Source: Myxococcota bacterium
GTDB taxonomy: Bacteria > Myxococcota_A > UBA9160 > UBA4427
DNA: 64,000 nucleotides
Assembly: GCA_041389495.1 (NCBI GenBank)
Contig: JAWKRT010000002.1
Location: 960,405-1,024,404, forward strand
Reading direction: 5' to 3'
A program made the translations under genes and the position numbers. Positions 36,745 through 46,289 of this stretch are shown here, in pieces. Under the pieces are notes generated by a model. It worked only from the letters and a program-made list of their open reading frames with translations. It was not told where the DNA came from and made no database searches. Within the stretch, counting starts at the first letter, position 1. Every line of letters starts with the position of its first letter.

Positions 36745-39096
36745 CTAGCGACAGACGCCCTCGTCGCGGAGCGCGCGCACGGCGTCGGCGGCGAGCCCGA
36801 GCACGCGCCCGAGCACGGCCTCGGTGTCGGCGCCGAGGAGCGGCGCCGCGGCGGCCGTGCGCAGCGGCGTGCGCGACATCCGCAGCGGGTTCGCGATGTG
36901 CCGCTCGGGGCCCAGGTCGGCGTGCGCGACGGTGACGATCGCCTCGCGCGCGAGCAGGTGCGCGTCGGCGCGCTGCTCGTCGGGCCCCTGCACGGGCATC
37001 GCCGACACGCCCGCGGCCTGCAGGTGGGCGGCGGCCTCGAGCGCGTCGCGCTCGCGCGTCCACGCGGCGAGGCGCGCGTCGACGGCCTCGCGCTTCGCGA
37101 GCCGGCCCGCGAGCGTCGCGAGCGCGGGGTCGGGATCGAAGCCGCACGCGACCTCGAGGCGCCGCCACGCGGCGTCGTCGGGCGCAGCGATCGCGAGCCA
37201 GCGGTCCGCGCCCGCGGCCGGGTACACGTCGTGCGGCACGGCGCGCTCGCTGCGGTTCCCGCTCGCGACGGGCGCGCCGGCGCCGAGCGCTTCCTGCAGG
37301 TAGATCTCGCCCGCGAGGTACGCGGCCGCCTCCGTCTGCGCGAGCTCGATGCGCTGGCCCTCGCCCGTGCGCGCGCGGTGCTGGAGGGCGGCGAGCACGG
37401 CGACCGCGAGCAGCTTGCCCGCGATGTGGTCGGGATGGTTGAGCGTGCTGCCGCACGGGTAGGGCGCGTCCGGGTGGTTCCACAGCGCGTGGAGGCCGGC
37501 GAACGCGGAGTTGAGCGGCCCGAACGCCGGCATCGCGTCGAGCGGGCCGCCGCGCCCGTAGCCCTGCGACGAGACGTAGACGACGCCCGGGTTCGAGGCG
37601 CGCACGCTCTCGTAGCCCAGGCCGAGCGCGTCGAGCACGCCGCCGCGGTGGTTCTCGGCGACGACGTCGGCGCGCGCGCAGAGCGCGTGCGCGAGCTCGC
37701 GGCCGCGCGCGGTGCCGAGGTCGAGCGCGACGCTCTCGCGTCCGCGGCACTCGTCGTTGAACGTCCACGCGTGGTTCGGGTTGCCGTCCGCGTTCCCGAT
37801 GCGCAGCACGTCGAGGTGGGCGAGCGACTCGACCTTGATCACCTCCGCGCCGAGCTCGGAGAGCACGAAGCACAGCTCGGGCACGACGGCCGCGACGCCG
37901 AACTCGACGACGCGCACGCCCGCGAGCAGCGGCTCGGCGCGCGCGGCCGCGCCTGCGCCTGCGCCTGCGGCCGACGGCGCGGTCGCGCCGCGCGGCGCGA
38001 CCGCGTCGTCGTCGCCCGGCGCGGGTGCCGCGCGGCGCAGCGACGACGGCGTCGCCGAGAGGCGCAGCGGCGGCGCGACGAACGGCGCGTCGCCGAGGTG
38101 CGGATGGCCCGTGCGCAGGAACGTCCCGCGCGCCGCGCTCTGCGCGTGCGCGACGAACTCGTCGGGGCGCTGGATGGCGCCGAGCGGCACGCCGAGCGCG
38201 CGCGCCTCCTCGAACAGCTCGGCGCGCGTGCGGTCGGTGAGCCGCTCGCGCGCGACGAGCCGGATCACGTCCTGGTTGGCGACGCGGTACATCGCCTGGT
38301 CCCACTCGGGGCCCGCGATCACGTCGGGATTGCGCGCGAGGGCGAGGAAGGCCTGCCAGTGCTTCGGGTTGCCGAGCACGATGCGGACGTGTCCGTCCTT
38401 CGCCGGCAGCACGAGGTACATGCCGTCGGCCGCGCGCGACGGGTTCGACGGCAGCATGGGGAAGTGCGCGTGATAGTCGGCGAGCGGCATCGCCCACGGA
38501 TACAGGCCCGCGTAGCCGGCCTCCTGCGCGGACACGTCGATCGTCTGCCCGCGTCCCGAACGCTCGCGCTCCATCCACGCCGCCACCGCGCCCGCCGCGC
38601 CGTAGATCGACGCGCAGTCGTGCACGACATGGCCGGGCAGCCAGCAGGGAGGCAGCGTCGGGAAGCCGCACTGGTAGAGAGCGCCGCTCGCAGCGAAGGC
38701 CGGCAGCGGCTCGAGCCGCCAGTCGCGCCGGGGCCCGCTCGCGCCGAAGTCGGAGAGCGCGACGTGCACGAGCGCGGGATGGCGCGCGTCGAGCGCGGCC
38801 GCGCCGAGCCCGAGCGCCGCCGCGCGCGCCGGCCCGAGGTTCTCGACGACCACGTCGACCTCGGCGCACAGCGCGTCGACGCGCTCGCGCGCGCCGGGGG
38901 CGTCGAGCTCGAGCGCGATGCCGCGCTTGTTGGCGTTGCGGTAGAGGTGCGCGGGGTCGCGCGCCTCGGCGTCGGTCGCGGGGGCGGCGCGCAGCACGTC
39001 GGCGCCGAGGTCGGCGAGCACGCGCGCGCACAGCGCGCCGCGCAGGTCGGTCAGGTCGAGGACGCGCAGCGCGGCGAGCGGCCCCGCGGCGGTCAC
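36745..39096 (-). CDS. tandem-duplicated family III CoA-transferase (two CaiB/BaiF modules in one 783-aa protein)
   Basis: Module 1 has LRVLDLTDLRGALCARVLADLGADV..VVENLGP. Module 2 has VRVVEFGVAAVVPELCFVLSELGAEVIKVES..VVAENHRGGVLDALGLGY. An Ala/Gly/Pro linker joins them. GTG 39096 overlaps the upstream TGA. Confidence 0.83.
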   Translation of the reverse strand: MTAAGPLAALRVLDLTDLRGALCARVLADLGADVLRAAPATDAEARDPAHLYRNANKRGIALELDAPGARERVDALCAEVDVVVENLGPARAAALGLGAAALDARHPALVHVALSDFGASGPRRDWRLEPLPAFAASGALYQCGFPTLPPCWLPGHVVHDCASIYGAAGAVAAWMERERSGRGQTIDVSAQEAGYAGLYPWAMPLADYHAHFPMLPSNPSRAADGMYLVLPAKDGHVRIVLGNPKHWQAFLALARNPDVIAGPEWDQAMYRVANQDVIRLVARERLTDRTRAELFEEARALGVPLGAIQRPDEFVAHAQSAARGTFLRTGHPHLGDAPFVAPPLRLSATPSSLRRAAPAPGDDDAVAPRGATAPSAAGAGAGAAARAEPLLAGVRVVEFGVAAVVPELCFVLSELGAEVIKVESLAHLDVLRIGNADGNPNHAWTFNDECRGRESVALDLGTARGRELAHALCARADVVAENHRGGVLDALGLGYESVRASNPGVVYVSSQGYGRGGPLDAMPAFGPLNSAFAGLHALWNHPDAPYPCGSTLNHPDHIAGKLLAVAVLAALQHRARTGEGQRIELAQTEAAAYLAGEIYLQEALGAGAPVASGNRSERAVPHDVYPAAGADRWLAIAAPDDAAWRRLEVACGFDPDPALATLAGRLAKREAVDARLAAWTRERDALEAAAHLQAAGVSAMPVQGPDEQRADAHLLAREAIVTVAHADLGPERHIANPLRMSRTPLRTAAAAPLLGADTEAVLGRVLGLAADAVRALRDEGVCR

Positions 39097-39884
39097 GAGC
39101 GCTTGTCTCCGGCCATTCCCTTCACCATCGCCGTCAGCTGCTCGGCGCCGAGGCCCTGGAGGTGCGGGCCGGCCTGCAGGTCGCCCGCGGTGCGGATGGC
39201 GGCGCGACTCCCGCGCATCTCGAGGGCCGTGTAGACATAACGTTTGTTGACGGTGACGACGCCGGGAGGCGTCGCCGCGATGCGCTGCGCGATCTCGAGC
39301 ACGCGCGCCTCGAGCTCGTCGGGCGCGAAGGCCTGGTTGATCATGCCGACCTGCGCGGCCTCGACGCCCGAGAACTCGCGCCCCGCGATGTGGAGCTCCA
39401 TCGCGAAGCGCGGCGGCATGTGCACGGGGAACCACGCGAAGTCCGGGAGGCCCGCGACGCGCAGCACGGGATGCGAGAGGCGCGCGTCGGTCGCGGCGTA
39501 GGCGAGGTCGCACGCGCCGACGAGCTCGAGCCCGCCGGCCATCGCGTAGCCGTGCACCTGCGCGACGACGGGCTTCGCGAGGTCCCAGATCGACATCCAG
39601 CCCTCGGAGACGTGGCGCGCCCACTGCTGGCCGACCTTCGGCGTCGGGTAGGGCTGGTTCTCCTGCAGGTTCGACTTCAGGTCGTAGCCCGACGAGAAGC
39701 ACGGGCCCGCGCCGCGCACGATCGACACGCGCACGTCGTCGCGCGCGTCGGCGTCGCGCAACGCGTCGAGCAGCGCGCCGCGCAGCTCGTTGCTGATGGC
39801 GTTGCGCCGCTCGGGGCGGTTCAGCGTGATGCGGCGGACGAGCGGCGCGGGCTCGTCGACGAGGATCGGGGCTTCGGACGACAT
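39093..39884 (-). CDS. enoyl-CoA hydratase/isomerase family protein
   Basis: 263 aa. ATG 39884 is preceded by GGAGGAGA. It carries NRPERRNAIS, GAGPCFSSGYDL and HGYAMAGGLELVGACDL. Confidence 0.86.
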   Translation of the reverse strand: MSSEAPILVDEPAPLVRRITLNRPERRNAISNELRGALLDALRDADARDDVRVSIVRGAGPCFSSGYDLKSNLQENQPYPTPKVGQQWARHVSEGWMSIWDLAKPVVAQVHGYAMAGGLELVGACDLAYAATDARLSHPVLRVAGLPDFAWFPVHMPPRFAMELHIAGREFSGVEAAQVGMINQAFAPDELEARVLEIAQRIAATPPGVVTVNKRYVYTALEMRGSRAAIRTAGDLQAGPHLQGLGAEQLTAMVKGMAGDKRS

Positions 39885-40083
39885 CGCGGCTCTCCTCCGT
39901 GGGCGGCGCAGGCTATCACCGCGGCCGCGCGCGCGGCGAAGGGCTTGCCCGCCCCGGTGCGCGCGTGAGAAGGTCCGCGGCCCGCGCGGCGGCGCGTCGC
40001 CCGCCCGCGACGAGACCGAGAGCGACGAAGAGAACGAGACCGCGAACGAGACCGAGAGAGAGGAACAGGAAGAGGAGTCCGCC

Positions 40084-41535
40084 ATGACGCGTCGCGCCCG
40101 CTCCCACCGCGCACGCCGGCCCGCCGCGGGCCGCACCGCACTCGGGCTCGCCGCCGTGCTCGCGCTGCTCGCGCCCGCCTCTGCGCGCGCCGCGGACGAC
40201 GGCGCCGTCGAACGCCTCGCGGCTGCGGTGCGCATCCCGACCATCTCGCCGCAGTCGCCCGAGGACTTCGACGGCGCGCCCTTCCTCGCCTTCCACGACT
40301 TCCTCGCGCGCGCCTACCCGTGCGCGCACGGCACGCTCGAGCGCGAGACGGTGGCGGACTACAGCCTGCTCTACACGTGGCGCGGCGCCGACGCGTCGCT
40401 CGAGCCCGTGCTGCTGACCGCGCACATCGACGTCGTCCCCGTGATCGAGGAGTCGCTCGGGCGCTGGACGCACCCGCCCTTCGACGGCGTCGTCGCCGAC
40501 GGCTACGTGTGGGGGCGCGGCACGCTCGACGACAAGGCGGGCCTGCTCGCCGTGCTCGAGGGTGTCGAGTCGCTGTGCGCGGCGGGCTTCGCGCCGGCGC
40601 GCACGGTCTACCTCGCGTTCGGCCACGACGAGGAGCTCGGCGGCAACGCCGGCGCGGCCGGCATCACCGACCTCCTCGCGAGCCGCGGCGTCGCGCTGTG
40701 GTTCAGCCTCGACGAGGGCATGGCCATCCTCGACGGTGCGGCCGGCATCGAGCAGCCGATGGCGCTCGTCGGCGTCGCCGAGAAGGGCTTCCTCACGCTC
40801 GAGATGACGGCGCGCGCGCGCGGTGGCCACTCGAGCCTGCCGCCGCGCGAGAGCGCGATCGGCGCGCTCGCGCGCGCCATCGAGCGCATCGAGTCGAACC
40901 CGCTGCCCGCGCACACGGGCGGCCTGAGCGGGCGCGTGCTCGACACCTACGGCGAGGCGATGTCGGGCGCGACGGGCTTCGCGCTGCGCCACCGCTGGCT
41001 CTTCGGACCCTTCGTGCGCAGCGGGCTCGACGCCCGCCCGGAGTCGAGCGCGATGATCCGCACGACCACCGCGGTCACCGTCGTGCGCGGCGGCGTGAAG
41101 TCGAACGTGCTCCCGTCGAGCGCGACGGCGCTCGTCAACTTCCGCATCCATCCCGAGGACACGGTCGAGTCCGTCGTCGAGCACGCGCGCCGCGCGATCG
41201 ACGACCCCGAGATCGAGCTGCGCGTCGTCGAGGGGCGCGAGGCGTCGGCCGTGTCGCCGAGCGAAGGCCCGGCCTGGGACGCGCTCGTCGCGACCGTGCG
41301 CGAGACGCACGGCGACCTGCCCGTCGGCCCGGCGCTCGTGCTCGGTGGCACGGACTCGAAGCACTACGGGCGGATCGCGAGCGCGGCCTACCGGTTCGCG
41401 CCGCTGCGCATGCGCTCCGAGGACACCTCGCGCCTGCACGGCATCGACGAGCGCATCGCCGTCGACGCCTATCTCGAGATGCCGCCGTTCTACGCGGCGC
41501 TCGTGCGGCGCGCGGCGGGGGCGGAGGCTCGTTAG
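40084..41535 (+). CDS. secreted M20 family metallopeptidase (carboxypeptidase-like)
   Basis: The signal peptide is MTRRARSHRARRPAAGRTALGLAAVLALLAPASARA. It carries LLTAHIDVVPV, GRGTLDDKAG, FGHDEELGG and GGTDSKHY motifs. Confidence 0.85.
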   Translation: MTRRARSHRARRPAAGRTALGLAAVLALLAPASARAADDGAVERLAAAVRIPTISPQSPEDFDGAPFLAFHDFLARAYPCAHGTLERETVADYSLLYTWRGADASLEPVLLTAHIDVVPVIEESLGRWTHPPFDGVVADGYVWGRGTLDDKAGLLAVLEGVESLCAAGFAPARTVYLAFGHDEELGGNAGAAGITDLLASRGVALWFSLDEGMAILDGAAGIEQPMALVGVAEKGFLTLEMTARARGGHSSLPPRESAIGALARAIERIESNPLPAHTGGLSGRVLDTYGEAMSGATGFALRHRWLFGPFVRSGLDARPESSAMIRTTTAVTVVRGGVKSNVLPSSATALVNFRIHPEDTVESVVEHARRAIDDPEIELRVVEGREASAVSPSEGPAWDALVATVRETHGDLPVGPALVLGGTDSKHYGRIASAAYRFAPLRMRSEDTSRLHGIDERIAVDAYLEMPPFYAALVRRAAGAEAR

Positions 41536-41572
41536 GTCGCGCCGCTCGCCGCGCGCGGACGGACCGCGAGCG

Positions 41573-42328
41573 TCAGTCGTCGGCGCCGCCGACCCACGGC
41601 GTCTGTCGCCCGCCGTGGCAGGCGAGGTTCGCGCCGGTGATGAAGGACGCGCGCTCGGAGTCGCACAGCAGGAGGCACGCGTTCGCGACGTCCTCGGGCG
41701 TGCCCATCCGCTGCATGGGGATCAGCTTCGCGACGTTCGAGTCCGCGTCGTCCGTGTAGAACTGCGCGGAGTCGGGCGTCGCGACGAGGCCGACCGTGAC
41801 GGTGTTGACGCGCACCTTCGGCGCGAGCGCCTTCGCGAGCCCGACCGACAGCGCGTCGATGCCCGCCTTCGCGGCCGCGTACGAGACGGCCTGGGTCTCC
41901 GGGAAGCAGGCCGCGACGCTCGAGATGAACACGATCGACCCGCCCTGCGGCTGCGTCTGCATCACGCGGTTCGCGGCCACGCTGAAGGTGAGCGGCGAGA
42001 GCAGGTTCAGGTCGACGATCGAGCGGTGGAAGCGCGGCGACGCGGTCTGCACGTCGGAGACGGGCGTGCCGCCCGCGTTGTTGACGAGCACGTCGATGCG
42101 TCCGAACTCGGCGTGCGCGCGCGCGACGACGGCGTCGACCTGGTCGGGGTCGCGCACGTCGCACGGCACGAAGAGCGCCTCGCGGCCGCCGTCGACGAGC
42201 GGCGCGTCGGGCTCTCGACGCGCGCACACGAGCACGCGGTAGCCCGCGTCGTGGAAGCCCTTCACGATGCCGCGTCCGATGCCGCGCGTTCCGCCGGTGA
42301 CGATGGCGGCCTTCTCGTTCGAACTCAT
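41573..42328 (-). CDS. short-chain dehydrogenase/reductase (SDR)
   Basis: 251 aa. It has TGGTRGIGRG, NNAG and the YAAAKAG catalytic Y-x3-K. Confidence 0.9.
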   Translation of the reverse strand: MSSNEKAAIVTGGTRGIGRGIVKGFHDAGYRVLVCARREPDAPLVDGGREALFVPCDVRDPDQVDAVVARAHAEFGRIDVLVNNAGGTPVSDVQTASPRFHRSIVDLNLLSPLTFSVAANRVMQTQPQGGSIVFISSVAACFPETQAVSYAAAKAGIDALSVGLAKALAPKVRVNTVTVGLVATPDSAQFYTDDADSNVAKLIPMQRMGTPEDVANACLLLCDSERASFITGANLACHGGRQTPWVGGADD

Positions 42329-42384
42329 TCCCGTCCCGTTCCTCTCTCGTGGCCGCGGCGGCGCGGCGCCGGCGGCGCGCGCGC

Positions 42385-43332
42385 CTACCCGGGCAGCGTC
42401 TCGCCGAGCGGCGCGCGCCGGTGGAAGTCGATCGCGAGCGTGCGCGACGCGAAGCGCCAGCCGTCGGCCGTGCGCGCATAGCGATCCTGGTAGCGGATGA
42501 ACATCGTGTAGTTCATCCACGTGCCGTCGTCGTCGCGGTAGACGTGGTGGGCCGTGCAGTACGTCTCGCCCGTGCCGTCGTCGTCGACCACGTGGTTCGC
42601 GACGACGTGCAGCGTGTGCGCGTAGCGCTCGAGCCCGACCATCGCCTTGCGGATCGTGTCGATTCCCCGCATCCGGTACATCGGCTCGGTCGTCGCCGGG
42701 TCGCCGAGGTGCGCGGCGATCTCGCCGTCGGGCGTGAAGATGTCGGCGAACGCGTCGTAGTCGCGCCGGTCGGCGGCGCGCGCGTAGCGCAGCGCGAGGT
42801 CGTGGCAGGCGCGGCGGTCGGCCTCGGTCATGGCGCTCTCCTCGTTCGCGCCGCGGGGAAGTCCGAGGCGCGCGTTGTCCCACGACAGGATGCGGCCCTC
42901 GGCGCGGATGCCGACGACGAGGCGCTCCATCGCATAGCGCTCGGCGACGGCGTCGGGCATCGCGGCGGGGCTCGAGCGGAAGGCCTCGTACTTGCGGTCG
43001 ATCGCGCGCTGCAGGCGCGCGCGCTCGCCCGCGTCGTCGACGAAGGCCGCGCGCCCGTTCACCTGCACGGCCGCGAGCTCGCGCCACGCGCGGCCGCGCT
43101 CGACGAGGAAGGAGACGCGCGGGTCGCGGCGCATGCGGGCGAACTTCCGCGTCACCGACGGCCCGCCCACGTAGATCGTACGCTCCTCGACGACGTACCA
43201 GACGGGCAGCGCGATCGGCGCGCCGTCGCGGCGCAGCGACGTGAGGATGCCGGTGTGTCCGGCCTCGAGGAAGCGCCACGCCTCGTCGTCGTCGAGGCGC
43301 ACGCGCGGCTTCTTCGCAGGAGCGTCGGGCAT
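42385..43332 (-). CDS. fusion protein: PPOX-class (pyridoxamine 5'-phosphate oxidase-like, FMN/F420 split-barrel) domain + SnoaL/NTF2-like domain
   Basis: 315 aa starting at ATG 43332. The N-terminal half (HTGILTSLRRDGAPIALPVWYVVEERTIYV) is PPOX-like. The C-terminal half (ACHDLALRYARAADRRDYDAFADIF..WRF) is NTF2-like. No stop separates them. Confidence 0.72.
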   Translation of the reverse strand: MPDAPAKKPRVRLDDDEAWRFLEAGHTGILTSLRRDGAPIALPVWYVVEERTIYVGGPSVTRKFARMRRDPRVSFLVERGRAWRELAAVQVNGRAAFVDDAGERARLQRAIDRKYEAFRSSPAAMPDAVAERYAMERLVVGIRAEGRILSWDNARLGLPRGANEESAMTEADRRACHDLALRYARAADRRDYDAFADIFTPDGEIAAHLGDPATTEPMYRMRGIDTIRKAMVGLERYAHTLHVVANHVVDDDGTGETYCTAHHVYRDDDGTWMNYTMFIRYQDRYARTADGWRFASRTLAIDFHRRAPLGETLPG

Positions 43333-43452
43333 GGCCGCGCAGTCTACCGCGGCGCTTGCGCGGCACGAGCCGCGCATGTAGAAGGTCGGCCGCGCGCGCG
43401 GCGGGCGCGGACGGCGAGCGGAGCGCGCGCGGCGCGCGAGGGGAGCGGAACC

Positions 43453-44316
43453 ATGGCAGGCACGCGGGCCGCACGCCCGAACGGCGGGCTCGAGGGCACG
43501 GCATTCATCGTCACCGGCGGCGGCACGGGCATTGGCCGCGCCTGCGCGCAGGCGCTCGCGCGCGACGGCGCCGCCGTCACGATCTGCGGTCGCACCGCGT
43601 CGAAGCTCGAGGACGCCGCCAAGCGCATCGCCGACGTCGCGGACTGCGGCGGCTCCGTCGCCTGGGTGACGGCCGACGTGACGAAGGAGGAGGACGTCGC
43701 GGCGCTCGTCGCGAAGGCGCTCGAGGCGCGCGGCCGGCTCGACGGCTGCGTCGCGAACGCGGGCGGCGGCGGCGGAATGGGCCCCTACCACCTGCAGGAC
43801 ACGAGCGAGTTCGTGCGCGTGCTGCACCTGAACGTGCTGAGCACGATGCTGTGCGTGAAGCACACCGTGCCGCACATGGTCGCGAACGGCGGCGGCTCGT
43901 TCGTCGGCATGTCCTCGATCGCCGGCCACGTGCCGCACCCGTACTTCGGCGCCTACTGCGTGGGCAAGGCCGGGCTCGAGGAGATGATGCGCAACGCGGC
44001 CGACGAGTTCGGCCCGAAGCACGTGCGCTTCAACGCCATCCGCCCGGGCTTCATCGCGACGGAGATCATGGAGGGCATCCCGCGCGACGGCGCGGTGTGG
44101 AACTCGTACATCGAGAACACGCCGATGGGCGGCGTCGGCGAGCCCGAGGACGTCGCGAACCTCGCGCGCTTCCTCGTCGGCCCCGAGTCGCGCTGGGTCA
44201 CGGGCACGTGCATCAACGTCGACGGCGGCCACCACCTGCGGCGCGGCCCGAACTTCGGGCCCTTCCTCGAGCCCGCGCTCGGGCGCGAGGTGATGGAAGG
44301 CAAGCTCCCGGGCTGA
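43453..44316 (+). CDS. short-chain dehydrogenase/reductase (SDR)
   Basis: 287 aa. It has TGGGTGIGRA, the YCVGKAG Y-x3-K and a PMGGVGEPEDVA motif. Confidence 0.9.
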   Translation: MAGTRAARPNGGLEGTAFIVTGGGTGIGRACAQALARDGAAVTICGRTASKLEDAAKRIADVADCGGSVAWVTADVTKEEDVAALVAKALEARGRLDGCVANAGGGGGMGPYHLQDTSEFVRVLHLNVLSTMLCVKHTVPHMVANGGGSFVGMSSIAGHVPHPYFGAYCVGKAGLEEMMRNAADEFGPKHVRFNAIRPGFIATEIMEGIPRDGAVWNSYIENTPMGGVGEPEDVANLARFLVGPESRWVTGTCINVDGGHHLRRGPNFGPFLEPALGREVMEGKLPG

Positions 44317-44357
44317 GCGAGCGGCGGCGGCCGTCGTCGCCCACGGAGACAGACGAC

Positions 44358-45185
44358 GTGGCGTTCGATCCGCGCGCGATCCCGTACGGCAGCGAGGTCG
44401 AGGGGCTCGACGTGCGCCTCGACGGCGCCGCGCTGCGCATCGCGCTCGCGCGGCCCGCGAAGCGCAACTCGCTCTCGCGCGAGATGATCCAGGGCCTCGT
44501 CGCCTGCATCGAGAACGCGCCGGACGACGAGCGCATCCGCGTCGTGTCGCTCGAGGCGCAGGGCGACCACTTCTGCGGCGGCGCCGACTGGGTCGCCGGG
44601 AACCGCGGCGCCGAGCGCCCGCGCGTCGCCTCCATCCACCGGCGCACGGCGCGCGAGGCGCACCGGCTCGTGCACGCGATGCTCACGGTGCAGCTGCCCA
44701 TCGTGTGTCGGGTGCGCGGGTTCGCGGCGGGCATCGGCTGCCACCTCGCACTCGCGTCCGACTTCGCGCTCGCCGCGGAGGACGCGCGCTTCTGGGAGCC
44801 GTTCGCGCGCCGCGGCTTCACGCCGGACAGCGGCGCGACGTGGCTCCTGCCGCGCCTCGTCGGCATCGCGCGCGCGAAGCGCATGCTGCTGCTCGCGCGC
44901 GAGGTGAGCGGGGCGGAAGCGGCCGCCTGGGGGATGATCCACGAGGCGCATCCGGCCGCGGCGCTCGACGCCGCCGCGGACGCGCTCGTCGCCGAGCTCG
45001 CGAGCGCGGCCACCGCCACGGTCGGCCTCACGAAGTACGCGCTCGCGCGCTCGCTCGAGCTGCCGTTCGAGCAGGCGCTCGAGGTCGAGAGCTTCGCGCT
45101 CGAGCTCTCGTCGCGGAGCCTCGACTTCAAGGAGGGCCTCGCCGCCTTCCGCGACAAGCGCGACCCGGAGTTCGAGGGGCGCTAG
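44358..45185 (+). CDS. enoyl-CoA hydratase/isomerase family protein
   Basis: GTG 44358 follows GGAGA. It carries ARPAKRNSLS, GDHFCGGAD and VRGFAAGIGCHLALASDF. Confidence 0.85.
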   Translation: MAFDPRAIPYGSEVEGLDVRLDGAALRIALARPAKRNSLSREMIQGLVACIENAPDDERIRVVSLEAQGDHFCGGADWVAGNRGAERPRVASIHRRTAREAHRLVHAMLTVQLPIVCRVRGFAAGIGCHLALASDFALAAEDARFWEPFARRGFTPDSGATWLLPRLVGIARAKRMLLLAREVSGAEAAAWGMIHEAHPAAALDAAADALVAELASAATATVGLTKYALARSLELPFEQALEVESFALELSSRSLDFKEGLAAFRDKRDPEFEGR

Positions 45186-45233
45186 GCGCGCGGCCCGGGG
45201 CTCGGAGCCCGCTCGCTCGATGCGGCTGCGCGC

Positions 45234-46289
45234 CTAACGAGGCGCCGGCGCGGCGGGGCGCGCGCGCAGCCGGGCCTCGAGGTCGGCGAGGCGCGCGTGG
45301 AGCCGTTCGGTGCTGCGGTAGGCGTCGGCCTGCGTCTCGCCGAGCGGCGCGTCGCTCGCGACGAGCGCGCTCGCGTCGCCGAGGCGCTCCTGGATCCGCA
45401 CCACCTCCGAGACGAGCAGCGTCGCGACGTCGTAGACGTCGGCGTCCGTGATGCTGCCGGCCTCCGCGTCGGGGAGCGGCCGGGCGTCGAGCATCTCGAG
45501 GCCGGCGTCGGTGCCGACGCGGCGCGCGATCGCGAAGGCGTCGAGCAGGAGCGCGTGCACGTCGCGCGACGTGCGGCCGGGGCGCGGCGCAGCGAGCGCC
45601 CGGCGGCCCTCGCTCGGCACGGCCATCGCGTCGAGCAGCGCTTCCACGTGCGCGACCGCGAAGGCGACCTGCGCGTCGACGTCGGCCGGGGCGATGCGCG
45701 TCTCGAGCATCGCATCGAGCTGGCGGCTCGCCGCGAGCACGGCGTGGTAGACGGCCGTCTCGTCGACTTCGACCGGAAGCGGTGTCGCGCCCAGCGGGCG
45801 CGCGGTGAGCTCGTGCCCTTCGCGCACGTGGCGCACGCGCTCGATCGCGGCCTCGACGACGCGGAGCACGTCCGCGGGCGTCTGCTCCTCGCGATCGCTC
45901 AGCGTGACGGGGCCGCCGACCTCGCCGAGCTGCTCGGCCGAGAGCCGCCGCGCGCGCGCGAGCAGGCCGACGGCCTGGTGGAAGACTTCGCGGCGGCCGG
46001 CGTTCGCGACGCGGATCGCGGGGCCCGCGACGCGCGGCGCGCCGAGCGCGTCGCGCACGAGCTCGATCTCGTCGGCGAGCACGGCGAGCGCGCGGAACAC
46101 GTCGGCGGTCTCGACGGGAGGGGGAGGCGGCGGGCCCGCCTCCGCGTTCGCGTCGGTCGGAGCGTCGGCGTCGGCCGACGCGGAGAGCGGGGCGCCGAGG
46201 AGCGCGCCGCAGAGCAGGGCGGCGAGGGGGGCGAACGCGAGCCGGCGGCGCGCGCCGGCGGCGCGCCGCGCGCGGAGCGGAGAGCACAT
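45234..46289 (-). CDS. secreted hypothetical protein with internally repeated helical segments
   Basis: ATG 46289 (AGGA RBS) gives the signal peptide MCSPLRARRAAGARRRLAFAPLAALLCGALLGAPLSASA. The V-x-x-A/V-L-x-x-x-I/L-E-x-V/L-R motif recurs at least 6 times. Confidence 0.6.
   Translation of the reverse strand: MCSPLRARRAAGARRRLAFAPLAALLCGALLGAPLSASADADAPTDANAEAGPPPPPPVETADVFRALAVLADEIELVRDALGAPRVAGPAIRVANAGRREVFHQAVGLLARARRLSAEQLGEVGGPVTLSDREEQTPADVLRVVEAAIERVRHVREGHELTARPLGATPLPVEVDETAVYHAVLAASRQLDAMLETRIAPADVDAQVAFAVAHVEALLDAMAVPSEGRRALAAPRPGRTSRDVHALLLDAFAIARRVGTDAGLEMLDARPLPDAEAGSITDADVYDVATLLVSEVVRIQERLGDASALVASDAPLGETQADAYRSTERLHARLADLEARLRARPAAPAPR

Noticed and set aside
42385-43332. 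Calling the PPOX-like and SnoaL-like parts as two separate genes, using the internal ATG near 42831.
   Set aside because: There is no stop codon between them in the frame, so the upstream product must read through. I kept it as a fusion and noted the internal Met.
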